DNA from: Ruditapes philippinarum
Taxonomy: Eukaryota
Reading direction: 5' to 3'
NCBI RefSeq assembly: GCF_026571515.1
Contig: NW_026851538.1
Location: 22,164 to 86,163, forward strand
Length of the DNA: 64,000 nucleotides
The position numbers were made by a program, and so were the translations under genes. How positions within the stretch are numbered: the stretch's first letter is position 1; each line of letters opens with the position of its first letter. Shown here in pieces: positions 26,158 to 37,880 of the stretch. A model generated the notes under the pieces. That model saw nothing but the letters and a program-made list of their open reading frames with translations. It was not told the origin of the DNA and did not search any database.

Positions 26158-26393
26158 TGAGCCGTGTCATGACAAAACCAACATAATGCGTTTGCGACCA
26201 GCATGGATCCAGACCAGCCTGCGCATCCGCGCAGTCTGATCAGGATCCATGCTGTTCGCTATCAGATTCTCTACTTGTAATAAGAGTTGGTAAGCGAACA
26301 GCATGGATCCTGATCAGACTGCGCAGATACGCAGGCTGGTCTGGTCACGCCAGTCGCAAACGCACTATGTTGGTTTTGTCATGATGCGGCTCA
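26158..26393. mobile_element. palindromic MITE copy c (236 bp), starting 9 bp after the MVP exon-1 donor
   Basis: Same termini and core as copy b. Flanked by tata / tata. Confidence 0.85.
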
Positions 26394-26457
26394 TATATAT
26401 ATAGATCTATATACTGATTTGTTTGTTGTGTTTTTAAACGTTTTTGGTTTTGAATTT

Positions 26458-28737
26458 TTAGCTCACCTGTCACAAAGTGACAGGGTGAGCTTTTGTGATC
26501 GCTTTTCGTCCGGCGTCCGTCCGGCGTCCGTCCGTCCGTAAACTTTTACTTTAAATGACATCTCCTCATAAACCACTAAGCCAATTTCATCCAAACTTCA
26601 CAGGAATGTTCCTTTGGTGGTCACCTTTAAAAATTGTTCAAAGATTTTAATTCTATGAAGAACTCTGGTTGCCATGGCAACCGAAAGAAAAAACTTTAAA
26701 TATCTTCTTTTAAAAAACCATAAGAGCTAGAGCTTAGATATTTGGCATGAAACATCTTCTAGTGAGTGTCTACCAAGTTTAACAAATAAAAGCCCTGGGG
26801 TCAAAATTGGCCCCGCCCCGGGGGATCATTGATTTTCCCTATATACATATAGTAAAAAATTAAAAAATCTTCTTTTAAAGAACCATAAGAGCTAGAGCTA
26901 AGATATTTAGCATGAAACATGTTCTAATAGGTGTCTACCAAGTTTGTTCAAATAAAAGCCCTGGGGTCAAAATTGGCCCCGCCCCGGGGGGTCATTGATT
27001 TTCCCTATATACATATACTAAAAACTTAAAAAATCTTCTTTTAAAGAACCATAAAAGCTGGAGCTAAGATATTTAGCATGAAACATTTTCTAATGGGTGT
27101 CTACCAAGTTTGTTCAAATAAAAGCCCTGGGGTCAAAATTGGCCCCGCCCCGGGGGGTCATTGATTTTCCCTATATACATATAGTAAAAACTTAAAAAAT
27201 CTTCTTTTAAAGAACCATAAGAGCTAGAGCTAAGATATTTAGCATGAAACATGTTCTAATGGGTGTCTACCAAGTTTGTTCAAATAAAAGCCCTGGGGTC
27301 AAAATTGGCCCCGCCCCGGGGGGTCATTGATTTTCCCTATATACATATAGTAAAAACTTAAAAAATCTTCTTTTAAAGAACCATAAAAGCTAGAGCTAAG
27401 ATATTTAGCATGAAACATTTTCTAATGGGTGTCTACCAAGTTTGTTCAAATAAAAGCCCTGGGGTCAAAATTGGCCCCGCCCCGGGGGGTCATTGATTTT
27501 CCCTATATGCATATAGTAAAAACTTAAAAGATCTTCTTTTAAAGAACTCAAAGAGCTATGGCTAAGATATTTAGCATCAAACATGTTCTAATAGGTGTCT
27601 ACCAAGTTTGTTCAAATAAAAGCCCTGGGGTCAAAATTGGCCCCGCCCCAGGGGGTCATTGATTTTCCCTATATGCATATAGTAAAAACTAAAAAAATCT
27701 TCTTTTAAAGAACCAAAAGAGTTAAAGCTAAGATATTTAGCATGAAACATGTTCTAATAAGTGTGTACCAAGTTTGTTTAAATAAAAGCCCTAGGGTCAA
27801 AATTGGCCCGACCCCCGGGGGGTCATTGATTTTCCCTATATGCATATAGTAAAAACTTAAAAAATCTTCTTTTAAAGAACCAAAAGAGCTAGAGCTAAGA
27901 TTTTGAGCATGAAACATGTTCTAATAGGTGTCTACCAAGTTTGTTCAAATAAAAGCCCTGGGGTCAAAATTGGCCCCGCCCCTTGGGGTCATTGATTTTC
28001 CCTATATGCATATAGTAAAAACTTAAAAAATCTTCTTTTAAAGAACCAAAAGAGTTAAAGCTAAGATATTTAGCATGACACATGTTCTAATAAGTATCTA
28101 CCAAGTTTGTTCAAATAAAAGCCCTTGGGTCAAAAATGGCCCCGCCCTGGAGGATCATTGATTTTCCCTATATGCATATAGTAAAAACTAAAAAAAATCT
28201 TCTTTTAAAGAACTCAAAGAGCTATGGCTAAGATATTTAGCATGAAACATGTTCTAATAAGTGTCTACTAAGTTTGTTCAAATAAAAGCCCTGGGGTCAA
28301 AATTGGCACCGCCCCGGGGGTCATTGATTTTCCTTATATGTGTATAGCAAAAACTTAAAAAATCTTCTTTGAAAAAACCCAAATAGCTAGAGTTAAGATA
28401 TTAAGCATGAAACATCTTCTAGTAAGTGTCTACAAAGTTTGTTCAAATAAAAGCCCTGGGGTCAAAACTGGCCCGGCCCCAGGGGTGTCATTGTTTTTAA
28501 CTATATGTGTAAAGTAAAAACGTTAAAAAATCTTCTTTCAAAAAGCCCAATGAGCTAGAGCTTAGATGTTTAGCATGAAACATCTTCTTATGGGTGTCTA
28601 CCGAGTTTGTGCAAATAAAAGCCCTTGATTTAAATTGGCCCTGAAACGTTGGGGGGGAGGGGGGGTGAGGGGGGGCCTATATACAGGTGAGCGACCTCAG
28701 GGCCATCATGGCCCTCTTGTTTTATTTTTTTGGGTTT
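26458..28737 (+). mobile_element. 2.3-kb satellite-carrying element (pearl/CvA/Helentron-like): 5' hairpin agctcacctgtcacaaagtgacagggtgagct, then (CGTC/CCGT)n, a unique segment of about 200 bp, about 12 units of about 165 bp, a G-rich tail, and a 3' palindrome gggccatcatggccc ending ...ctcttgttttatt
   Basis: aaagccctggggtcaaaattggccccgcccc recurs every 164-166 bp from 26800 to 28620. Near-identical to 44026-46389 in the same orientation. Lies in MVP intron 1. Confidence 0.85.
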
Positions 28738-28892
28738 TTTTTTTGTGTTTGTGTGTTTTTTTAAGTGGCAAAATTTTATAAGGTGTACAGTCCCCAGAGC
28801 AACATCTTTTGGATTTTTGTTGATGCTAAGAGTGGTTGCTGTAGAATGCACAAGAGCTTGACATATAATTTCTTTTGATAATTGAAAAAAAA

Positions 28893-28980
28893 TAGAAAAA
28901 AATTAAGAAATGCCGGCAAATATACCCCTCTATACAATATATTTATTGTATAGAGGGGTATATTTGCCGTTATTTCTTAA
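28893..28980. repeat. near-perfect palindrome of about 85 bp (arms aattaagaaatgccggcaaatatacccctctatacaatat)
   Basis: The reverse complement of the right arm equals the left arm, with 2 mismatches over about 40 bp. Confidence 0.8.
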
Positions 28981-29548
28981 TTATTTGCTTATATTTTTCA
29001 TTTATTGATAGAATGTCAAGCTCCTGAGGTAGGAAGGTAAGATTTATTGTCCAGCCTTACCTGTTGAAGAGTACTGTTGTTGTAGAGAGGTGGTTGTTCT
29101 ACAGAGGTTTGGTTGTCCAGTACAGGTTGCACTATATTTTATTATTGTCCATTTTTTTGATGACATAAAAGAAAGGATACTAAGTTGACTGTGGCTTGAT
29201 GATTTAATTGTCTGTCTGTTAACACAGAAATATTTGGCTCAGATTCTGCTGGGGTCATGCAAATGTTTTGTCATATGACATCAGTTGGGTTTGTTCTGGG
29301 AAAAAAAAAATGTTTTTTTTAGAGTGGTACAAATTAGCACAGAGCTTAATAATTATAAGTCTCTAAAATAACCCACCCGGTTATATTCTTCGCAATTAAG
29401 CATTAAAACCAACAAAAGGAAATATTCTGTAGTATAATTAATTATATTTATACAGGTTTTTTTCTAGTTGATGATGATAAAAAAAAATGAACAGTTTCCC
29501 ATTTAATTGAATATTTCTGTAAAATAACGAAGATTTGATCGATTTTAG

Positions 29549-29744
29549 GGTGGTTATTGGCCCAGAAAAGATGATCACAGTGCCACCCAGGCATTACTGT
29601 GTCATCGAGAATCCAGCCTTGAGAGATAAAGATAACAGTGTTCTCCTTGATAAGAGCGGTCAAGTCCGGCTTTTACACGCTGACCAAGAGATCAGACTTG
29701 CCCAGGATCCCTTCCCACTTTATCCTGGAGAGGTTCTTAAACAG
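29549..29744 (+). CDS. MVP: MVP exon 2 ((R)[65 protein letters not shown])
   Basis: Acceptor gattttag, donor gttggt, 1+195 nt. Human [65 protein letters not shown]. Confidence 0.93.
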
Positions 29745-29772
29745 GTTGGTCTGTTTATTCTTTCTTAAAAAT

Positions 29773-29970
29773 TGAGCTGTGTCAGGACAAAACCAACACA
29801 GTGCGTTTCGACCAGCATGGATCCATACCAGCCTGCGCATCTGCGCAGTCTGATCAGGATCCATGCTGTTCACTATCAGTTTCTCTACTTGTAATATAGT
29901 TGGTAAGCAAACGGCATGGATCCATGCTGGTCGCAAACGCACTATGTTAGTTTTGTCGTGACGTGGCTCA
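29773..29970. mobile_element. palindromic MITE copy d (198 bp), 29 bp after the MVP exon-2 donor
   Basis: tgagctgtgtcaggacaaaaccaacac ... tgttagttttgtcgtgacgtggctca. Confidence 0.8.
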
Positions 29971-30792
29971 AATAATATTAAGCTTTATTTGTTGTATTAT
30001 AAGTGATGTATTAAGAAAATATTGATGAAATAAAATGCTTATTTTCATTTTCCTATTTTCACTTTAAAAATTTATTTTTCACTGCAGTGAAATATATTTT
30101 CCATATTTTCACTGGTGTCTTGAAAATTATCATATATATTTTCATACCACTTGATGAAATAAATCCTTTATTTATAGAAAAAAGTTGAATCTTGATTAAA
30201 AAAAAATTTTATCAAAATTTAAAATGTATCTAAATGGAAGGAATGATGTTTGTAAACTTATAATAAAACTAAAATTAGGTATCATTTAACCAGGGCTCAA
30301 CTTGCAAAGCTGGTCATATTTAAGGAAGTTACCTTAAAATTTTTATTGTCAACAAGGATCATTTCAAGTGATATATTTTGTAATTGTATATTTTTATACT
30401 GTTTACTTCTTTAAGATTTTTATATACCTCAATCATGTATCTACTGATCATATTTAATTAAGGAAGTAACGTCAGAAATCCTATCTTCAACAAGTCTCAT
30501 TGCAAGTTGCTGTGTCACATACACTCTTCCCTATAGGGTGCATGATACACAGTCTGTGAAACGTAATAAGGCTAAAAAGGAAGCAATGTTAAGATTAAAC
30601 TACCTGCACAAAGATATAATTTATCTTGAATAACTTCCTTATTCTTTATAAAATTGATATTAGGTCAGTGGTCTTGTTAAAAACGATAAAAACATTCTAA
30701 ACATGTTCAGTGTACATGTAATTGTAAATTAACTTTTTTGTAACAATGTGTCATTTACATAATTATATAAAAAGTTTTCAATAATTTTTCAG

Positions 30793-30916
30793 GCTGTAAC
30801 TCCGCTGAAAGTTGTGGCCCCTAACTCGGCCTTAAGATTACGTGCAATATTAGACTTTGAAGATGATACAGGGGAAAAGAGGACCGCTGGTGACGAGTGG
30901 CTGTTTGAGGGACCAG
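30793..30916 (+). CDS. MVP: MVP exon 3 ([41 protein letters not shown] + G partial)
   Basis: Acceptor ttttcag, donor gtaaga, 124 nt. Human [41 protein letters not shown]. Confidence 0.93.
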
Positions 30917-31335
30917 GTAAGAATCCCAATCATCTTTGTTGGGTAGGACAGAAAGGTTAAATGAGTGCATCCCTTGGCTGGTTACTTTGGACAAGTTTGA
31001 CTGTATTCACTAAATACCTACACAGGTGACAATATCTTAACAATGATGTGTATCTCACGTTAATGTGCAAGTAATTATATGAAGGTGTATACCATTCACC
31101 AAATTGGTCATTTTTACTTTGAAACAAAAAGCCAGCAACAGTCAGAAATAAAGAAAGCCGAAATTATAAACCCCTTGTCATTGCAAAAATCGTACATTAG
31201 CATTATGTACTTATATGTACTTATTGTACAAGTCCAGAGAATGGGATTGATTGGGATATTTGTAATGAATTTTTGGTGGGGACTTATTTTTCGGAAACTA
31301 AACAAATTGTTTCTTAAATTACTGCTTTCATTTAG

Positions 31336-31688
31336 GTACCTATATACCAAGGAAAGAGGTCGTGGTAGAGGAAACGGTTCGAGCCACTATCATCAAGCCT
31401 AACCAGGCCATCCGGTTACGTGCACGTAAAGAATGCATTGATAGAGAGGGTAACGCACGTGTAACAGGTGAGGAATGGGAAGTGAAGAAGACAGGAGCTT
31501 ACCTGCCAGGAGCGTATGAAGAAGTTGTAGATATTGTTAATGCATATGTGCTAACGGAGAAGAAGGCGCTCCATATGAGGTCGTTGAGGACATTCAAGGA
31601 TGATTTCGGTGTTACACGTAAAAACGGTGAAGAATGGCTTATCACCATGGACATGACAGAAACACATATCCCGAATGTGTACGAAGAG
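31336..31688 (+). CDS. MVP: MVP exon 4 ([47 protein letters not shown]...HIPNVYEE)
   Basis: Acceptor tcatttag, donor gtcagt, 2+351 nt. It is part of listed ORF 31362-31751. Human [49 protein letters not shown]...HVPDVHEE. Confidence 0.93.
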
Positions 31689-32053
31689 GTCAGTTTCTTT
31701 TTGAAATACATACATTCTCAGGATGCATATTCTCATGATCTATTAATGTAGTATATAATAAAGTAATCTGACGAAAATTATAAACAATATCAATGAAGAA
31801 TAATGGTATCGGTAATGGTTGTGGTATAATGTATTCTTTTCTGTTTTGTTGATTGAATTTTTACTACTTTTCTTTGGAAGTTTGTTCCTAACTAAGTTAC
31901 TTAGTGCAACATATTATTTTTGAACATTGATTAAAAAAGAAAGACAGAAATACAAAAAGATGATTTTAAAAAAAAACAACAACACCAAAAACTCAAACCT
32001 TATTTAAATTTAGATTCTTTAATTTATTTTGTCATACAAATTTATACCTGTAG

Positions 32054-32164
32054 GTTGTTGGAGTTGTCAACATCACATCTCTCAGTAACAGACACTACTG
32101 TGTCATCTTAGACCCTGTAGATGAGAAGGGCAGACCACAGATGGGAAGGAAAAAGCTGGTCAAG
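32054..32164 (+). CDS. MVP: MVP exon 5 ([37 protein letters not shown])
   Basis: Acceptor tacctgtag, donor gtatgt, 37 codons. Human [37 protein letters not shown]. Confidence 0.92.
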
Positions 32165-32439
32165 GTATGTATAGTCTGAAAAGATATTTAATTAAATACA
32201 GTGTATCCTTAAGAAACAGAATGAAGTCTAACTGATTGCTAAGCTCAATATGGAGAGTATTTGAAAAGTAATCTAGGAGACGCTGGTTGGTTCCTCGGGC
32301 AAGGCGTAATTTCTCCATGACCAATTGGTCTTGGACATTGATTCTAATGTTCATTTATTTCTCACTGCTGATTTAGTAATGATATTAGTAGTTGGTCACT
32401 TGTGGGGAAATTAATTTATTGGTTAGTTTTCAAGGAAAG

Positions 32440-33840
32440 CTTGTTATGCCCCCACAATGTGGGAGCATATAGCGTTGCACTTGTCCATCCTTCCGTCTGT
32501 CAGTCCGTACGTCCCGAAATCTTGTGAACGCAACTCCTCTTAAACCGGATGGCAGATTTTGCTTAAACTTACAGGGATGAACAACCTTAATGTGTAGATG
32601 GTAGTAAAGGAAGGAATTTTCGCTGCGACCAAATTTAACAGAATTATGGCCCTTTGTTGATTTTTTCACTTTATACTATGTAGAAATTTTGTGAACGCAA
32701 CTCCTCTTAAACCGGATGGCAGATTTTGCTTAAACTTCCAGGTATGAACAAACTTAATGTATAGATGGTAGTAAAGGAAGGAATTTTTGCTGCGACCAAA
32801 TTTAACAGAATTATGGCCCTTTGTTGATTTTTTCACTATATACTATGTAGAAATTTTGTGAACGCAACTCCTCTTAAACCGGCTGGCATATTTTGCTTAA
32901 ACTTACAGGGATGAACAACCTTAATGTGTAGATGGTAGCAAAGGAAGGAATTTTTGCTGCGACCAAATTTAACAGAATTATGGCCCTTTGTTGATTTTTT
33001 CACTATATACTATGTAGAAATTTTGTGAACGCAACTCCTCTTAAACCGGATGGCAGATTTTGCTTAAACTTCCAGGGATGAACAACCTTAATATGTAGAT
33101 GGCAGTAAAGGAAGGAATTTTCGCTGCGACCAAATTTAACAGAATTATGGCCCTTTGTTGATTTTTTCACTATATACTATGTAGAAATTTTGTGAATGCA
33201 ACTCCTCTTAAACCGGATGGCAGATTTTGCTTAAACTTCCAGGGATGAACAACCTTAATGTGTAGATGGTACCAAAGGAAGGAATTTTTGCTGCGACTAA
33301 ATTTAACAGAATTATGGCCCTTTGTTGATTTTTTCACTATATACTATGTAGAAATTTTGTGAACGCAACTCCTCTTAAACCGGAGGGCAGATTTTGCGTA
33401 AACTTCCAGGGATGAACAACCTTAATATGTAGATGGCAGTTAAGGAAGGAATTTTCGCTGCGACCAAATTTAACAGAATTATGGCCCTTTGTTGATTTTT
33501 TCACTATATACTATGTAGAAATTTTGTGAATGCAACTCTTCTTAAACCGGATGGCAGATTTTGCTTAAACTTCCAGGGATGAACAACCTTAATGTGTAGA
33601 TGGCAGTAAAGGAAGGAATTTTTGCTGCAACCAAATTTAACAGAATTATGGCCCTTTGTTGATTTTTTCACTATATACTATGTAGAAATTTTGTGAACGC
33701 AACTCCTCTTAAACCGGATGGCAGATTTTGCTTAAACTTCCAGGGATTAACAACCTTAATGTGTAGATGGTAGTAAAGGAAGGAATTTTTGCTGGGACCA
33801 AATTTAACAGAATTATGGTCCTTTGTTGATTTTTAGTTTT
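32440..33840 (+). mobile_element. satellite-carrying element in MVP intron 5: head ttatgcccccacaatgtgggagcatatag, (GTCC/CCGT)n-like stretch, then about 8 tandem units of about 160 bp (gaaattttgtgaacgcaactcctcttaaaccggatggcagattttgcttaaactt...)
   Basis: Units start near 32515, 32682, 32841, 33001, 33161, 33321, 33491 and 33651. The head is homologous to the one at 6340. Confidence 0.7.
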
Positions 33841-34504
33841 CAACTTGTGGCACATGTAGTCCAAAAATATTTGACCTAGAGTCATAAGATTGACAGAACA
33901 GTGGCGTGTGGGGGCATCAGTGTCCTATGGACACATTTCTAGTTTAAGTGGGTCTTCTAAAGAGTTATTAAAGAAAACATGTGTTGCAAAAATGATTTAT
34001 AAACAAAATCAAAATAAGTCATATGCCAGAAATTTAGACATTCATGATGCATGGTTTGAAAATTTTGATGAAATTATTATTTGTTTTACTTCATTGCATT
34101 TCTCACCACAATTTAATCCTTAAATGGAATCAGAATAGCTTTTTTTTCACCACTTCAGAGCTTGGTAAGACTTGGCCCTATACTGTAGGCTGAGCAACTT
34201 GAGAACTGTCATTAAGATATCCAAAATTGATAATAACTTTCCTATGAATCAAAACAGGATAGTTTATTTAAAAAAAATATGGTATGTGTTGATTCAAATA
34301 CTTAAAATGTTGAGGACTAAATACTGCTAAAACATGTGCTAGGGAGGTGAAAGATGTAGCATCTTCCCTTATATGTCATGGCTAAATACAACCAAGTGAG
34401 CAATTTTTGACAATCCTTTTTTTGTTTTCATTGATATGCCCTTTATTAGAATGTTCAGGAATAAATTTTAAAATGTGACCATGAATATATTTTTTGATTT
34501 ACAG

Positions 34505-34624
34505 GGAGAAAAGACATTTTTCTTGATGCCCGGTGAGCGACTTGAGAGAGGAATTCAAAATGTATATATCCTAGGTGAAGACGAGGGTCTCATCCTGAGA
34601 GCTAACGAGAGTTTCAAAGATGGC
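34505..34624 (+). CDS. MVP: MVP exon 6 ([40 protein letters not shown])
   Basis: Acceptor gatttacag, donor gtaagt, 40 codons. Human [40 protein letters not shown]. Confidence 0.92.
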
Positions 34625-35178
34625 GTAAGTAATTTGAATTATTTCAGAAATATTCTATATATATAAATTACGTGCTTAATGCCAATAAGTAATGCAGTAA
34701 TGAAAGCAGCGAAAAGCAGCTCCTGAAAAATGGAGGATTTTGAGTTTAATTTTTAAACATTTAAACTTTCTAAGCTGAATGGGCTTCTAATTGTATGTTT
34801 TCACTAGATAGACAACTTTCAAAGTTAGTAGAAATATAAAAACTATATTTTTGAATATTGAATGTGAGGAACGTATCCAGCTACCTTATTGAACTGGGTG
34901 GTTCTACTTGGGTGCCAGCTTGTGTCTGAAATAATGCAGAGAGGGAGAGCCAAAGTTTTCCTCCAATAGTCAAGCTGGAAAGTCTTAGGCATGACTTTCA
35001 CACTGTTGATGTGACTTAAAATCCAACAAAAATAAATGCATGAACAAGTACATCCAACAATTTTACTATGAGATAATGATACGTGTTCATTTAGATTTCC
35101 ATGATTTTTATTACACAGACTATATTGTGATCATTTTACATGTAGAATGTTAAAATAACTTTCCTAAACATTATAAAG

Positions 35179-35328
35179 GAGGTGGATCGTAAGCCAGGAG
35201 ATAGATGGATGATCAGAGGCCCTAAAGAATATGTTCCCCCCGTAGAGGTAGAGGTGGTGATGAAACGACAGGCCATTCCCCTTGATGAGAACGAGGGTAT
35301 ATATGTCAGAGATGTTAAAACTGGCAAG
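35179..35328 (+). CDS. MVP: MVP exon 7 ([50 protein letters not shown])
   Basis: Acceptor ttataaag, donor gtatac, 50 codons. Human [45 protein letters not shown]. Confidence 0.92.
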
Positions 35329-36050
35329 GTATACTTGATTATTTTACATTAATGCTGCATGCCTCCAGATGAGTCGAAATATTTCACGAAAATCAGAGTT
35401 GAGAAAAAATGTACTGAAATTTTATGAAAAGTAAAATGATTGAAAATTTTGGTAATAGTTTCCATGTTATGGGCTGTAATGACTGAATTTGTAGTAGTTT
35501 TCACCATAATTCTACTGTGTGACAAATACAGTTAGGGCTATATTAGCATATTTTGACCTCATTTTAGTAATAAACACAGATTGTAAGTTCTGTTTGTAAT
35601 GTGGAAATAACTTTCTTTGTTCACTTCACAATATAGTGCTTTTCAAAACATTTTTCAAAATTTTCATGAAAATTAACATGAATCTGGAGGCATGCTGCTT
35701 TAAGTTTGAGAATTTTCAGTAATTTTCTACAGAAACATATATATATAGTTGATCTATGCTTAAAGTTAACCGTCAAGATTTCAATACTTCTGACACACAT
35801 TTACACCCATTAATCAGCAATACTTGATGCTTTATCTAGGTGTAGCCAATAAATTTTATTGCTCTTGTTACATCAAATCATATCTTTTATAGTACATATA
35901 TGAGGGATTTCTTTTTAATGATAAACTGGAAATCTTTTTCGGCTGTACTACTGGAACTGTTTTCAATCCTGTAGATGAAAAAAGATTATTTTTAGAAAAG
36001 TTTATGATATACACATAAGGATGTTAGTAAATGTTTATTATTACATTTAG

Positions 36051-36286
36051 GTAAGAGCAGTTACAGGGGAGACCTACATGCTAAATCATGATGAGGAACT
36101 CTGGTCAAAGGAACTTCCTCCCGCAGTCGAGAACCTGCTAATGGCAGCTAAAGACCCGCTAGCTGACCGCAATACGAAAGGTGCACCAGAAGCCGGAAAG
36201 GCTCGTGACAAGACACGGGTTATCACATTTAGAGTGCCACACAATGCCGCTGTACAGATTTATGATTATAAGGAGAAAAAAGCTAG
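36051..36286 (+). CDS. MVP: MVP exon 8 ([40 protein letters not shown]...[18 protein letters not shown] + R partial)
   Basis: Acceptor ttacatttag, donor gtaaga, 236 nt ending in phase 2. Human [40 protein letters not shown]...[19 protein letters not shown]. Confidence 0.92.
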
Positions 36287-36429
36287 GTAAGAATGGTAAA
36301 TATGGCGGGAAAATTGGTTGAAAGAAAGTCGTCTGCTGCAATATTGTTATATTCTTTTTAATTTTCTGTTTACATGACATATAATATTGTGGTATCATAT
36401 AATATAGTGGTATGATAGTGTTTGTTGCG

Positions 36430-36670
36430 AAACCTCCGGTGTCCATAGCCAAGTGATTATGGTTGTTGACTTCTGACCACTTTCCCATCACTTCTGTGGG
36501 CTCGAGACTTCCTTGAGATTTTTTTTCTTTCATGTGAGGAAGCCAGTCAGCTAGCTAACATTACATTTGTGGTTCTATTTGGGTGCCCCTTCATGTTTGT
36601 GCGAAGGGACACCTGAGGTCTTCGATCTTCCTCGTCATATGACCTCTACTAGGATGGTGCAATGTAAAAA
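36430..36670 (+). mobile_element. tRNA-derived SINE (family with core gtgcc(c)ctgaaat...cacctgaggt) in MVP intron 8
   Basis: Homologous to 46415-46660 and 57890-58130. Partial copies at 34860-34990 and 39310-39460. Confidence 0.6.
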
Positions 36671-36860
36671 AACAACCAAAACAACAAAAGAAACCTGTTA
36701 TGTAATAATGTAGACACTAAAATTTATGTACTTGTATGTATGAAAACTTGTATTTTTGCACAATTGATATGTGCATTTGTACAATAAAGAATATTATGTC
36801 ATGTATTTATCATGTCAAGTTCATTTTTCTGTAAAACAAAAAATTTTGCCACTTTTTCAG

Positions 36861-37058
36861 AGTTATTTTTGGACCAGAATTAGTTATGCTTGGCCCAGAT
36901 GAACAATTCACACAGCTCAGTATTTCTGGTGGTAAACCAAAGAAACCAAACATGATCAAATCACTTTGTCTTCTTCTCGGACCAGATTTCTGCACAGATA
37001 TCATTGTAGTCGAGACATCTGACCACGCAAGGCTCTCACTTCAACTGTCATACAATTG
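36861..37058 (+). CDS. MVP: MVP exon 9 ([65 protein letters not shown] + W partial)
   Basis: Acceptor actttttcag, donor gtaagt, 198 nt. Human [66 protein letters not shown]. Confidence 0.93.
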
Positions 37059-37254
37059 GTAAGTAGACTGAACAGCACATTTAGAATGTGATGCTAAGAA
37101 AAAATTATAAATATATATATGTCATGAATTTTTTTTTTTGGAATTTGAAATTCAATTAAAATTAAATTTTATTCCCAAGTTTAATGATAAAGATTCCATA
37201 AGTTTCAGAACGGTTAGAGTTTAAGGAATGATAAATTTAGTTTATACGAATTTA

Positions 37255-37455
37255 TTTTAGTTTGATTGTGTTGGAAGCTATAAACTTATTGAAACACTCT
37301 CGAATCTGTTCCTGGAATTAACCAGTACTTGGCAACGAGTGTAAAATTTCTTGCTCAAGGAAACAACGGCTTTCCGCTAACTGGGTTTGAATATTTGCGG
37401 CCAGCAGTCCTTAGATTACTAGTCTGACGTGTTGACCACTCGGCCACGCCGCCAC
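37255..37455 (-). mobile_element. tRNA-derived SINE (minus orientation; head ggccgagtggtcaacacgtcagactagtaatctaagg) in MVP intron 9
   Basis: Homologous to 53545-53710 (minus orientation). Shares its tail with the fragment at 4000-4135. Confidence 0.65.
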
Positions 37456-37685
37456 ACATATTGTAATAGATACAACGTACATGTTTTGTTTGTTTTAATA
37501 ACATCATAGTTTGCTTTACGTTTTATGTGACTTGATAAAGGTTTTCAGGACGACAGCTAGATAGATAGATTCTCTTGTACATCTGTTTTCCTAAAATATT
37601 TATAATGAACATATCTACTATAATCCCTTTTAACACTGTTGATAATCTTGCTTGGTAGTGCTTCTAACATTCTAGCATTTTGCAG

Positions 37686-37830
37686 GCATTTTGAAGTTAA
37701 AAGCAAAGACGACACCGTTGAGTCTGCCAAACTATTCAGTGTTCCTGATTTTGTAGGCGATTCTTGTAAAGCTATCGCATCTCGTGTGAGAGGTGCTGTT
37801 GCCCAAGTCGCCTTTGATGATTTTCATAAG
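37686..37830 (+). CDS. MVP: MVP exon 10a ((W)[48 protein letters not shown])
   Basis: Acceptor ttttgcag, donor gtatgt, 1+144 nt. Human [48 protein letters not shown]. Confidence 0.9.
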
Positions 37831-37880
37831 GTATGTTCAAAATGATTGTTGTAAGTATTTAAAACATTTTGACTTTTCAG

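Noticed and set aside
31114-31751. Minus-strand ORFs (78, 70 and 61 aa) overlapping MVP exon 4
   Set aside because: They are antisense to a strongly conserved coding exon and have no homology. They are chance ORFs.
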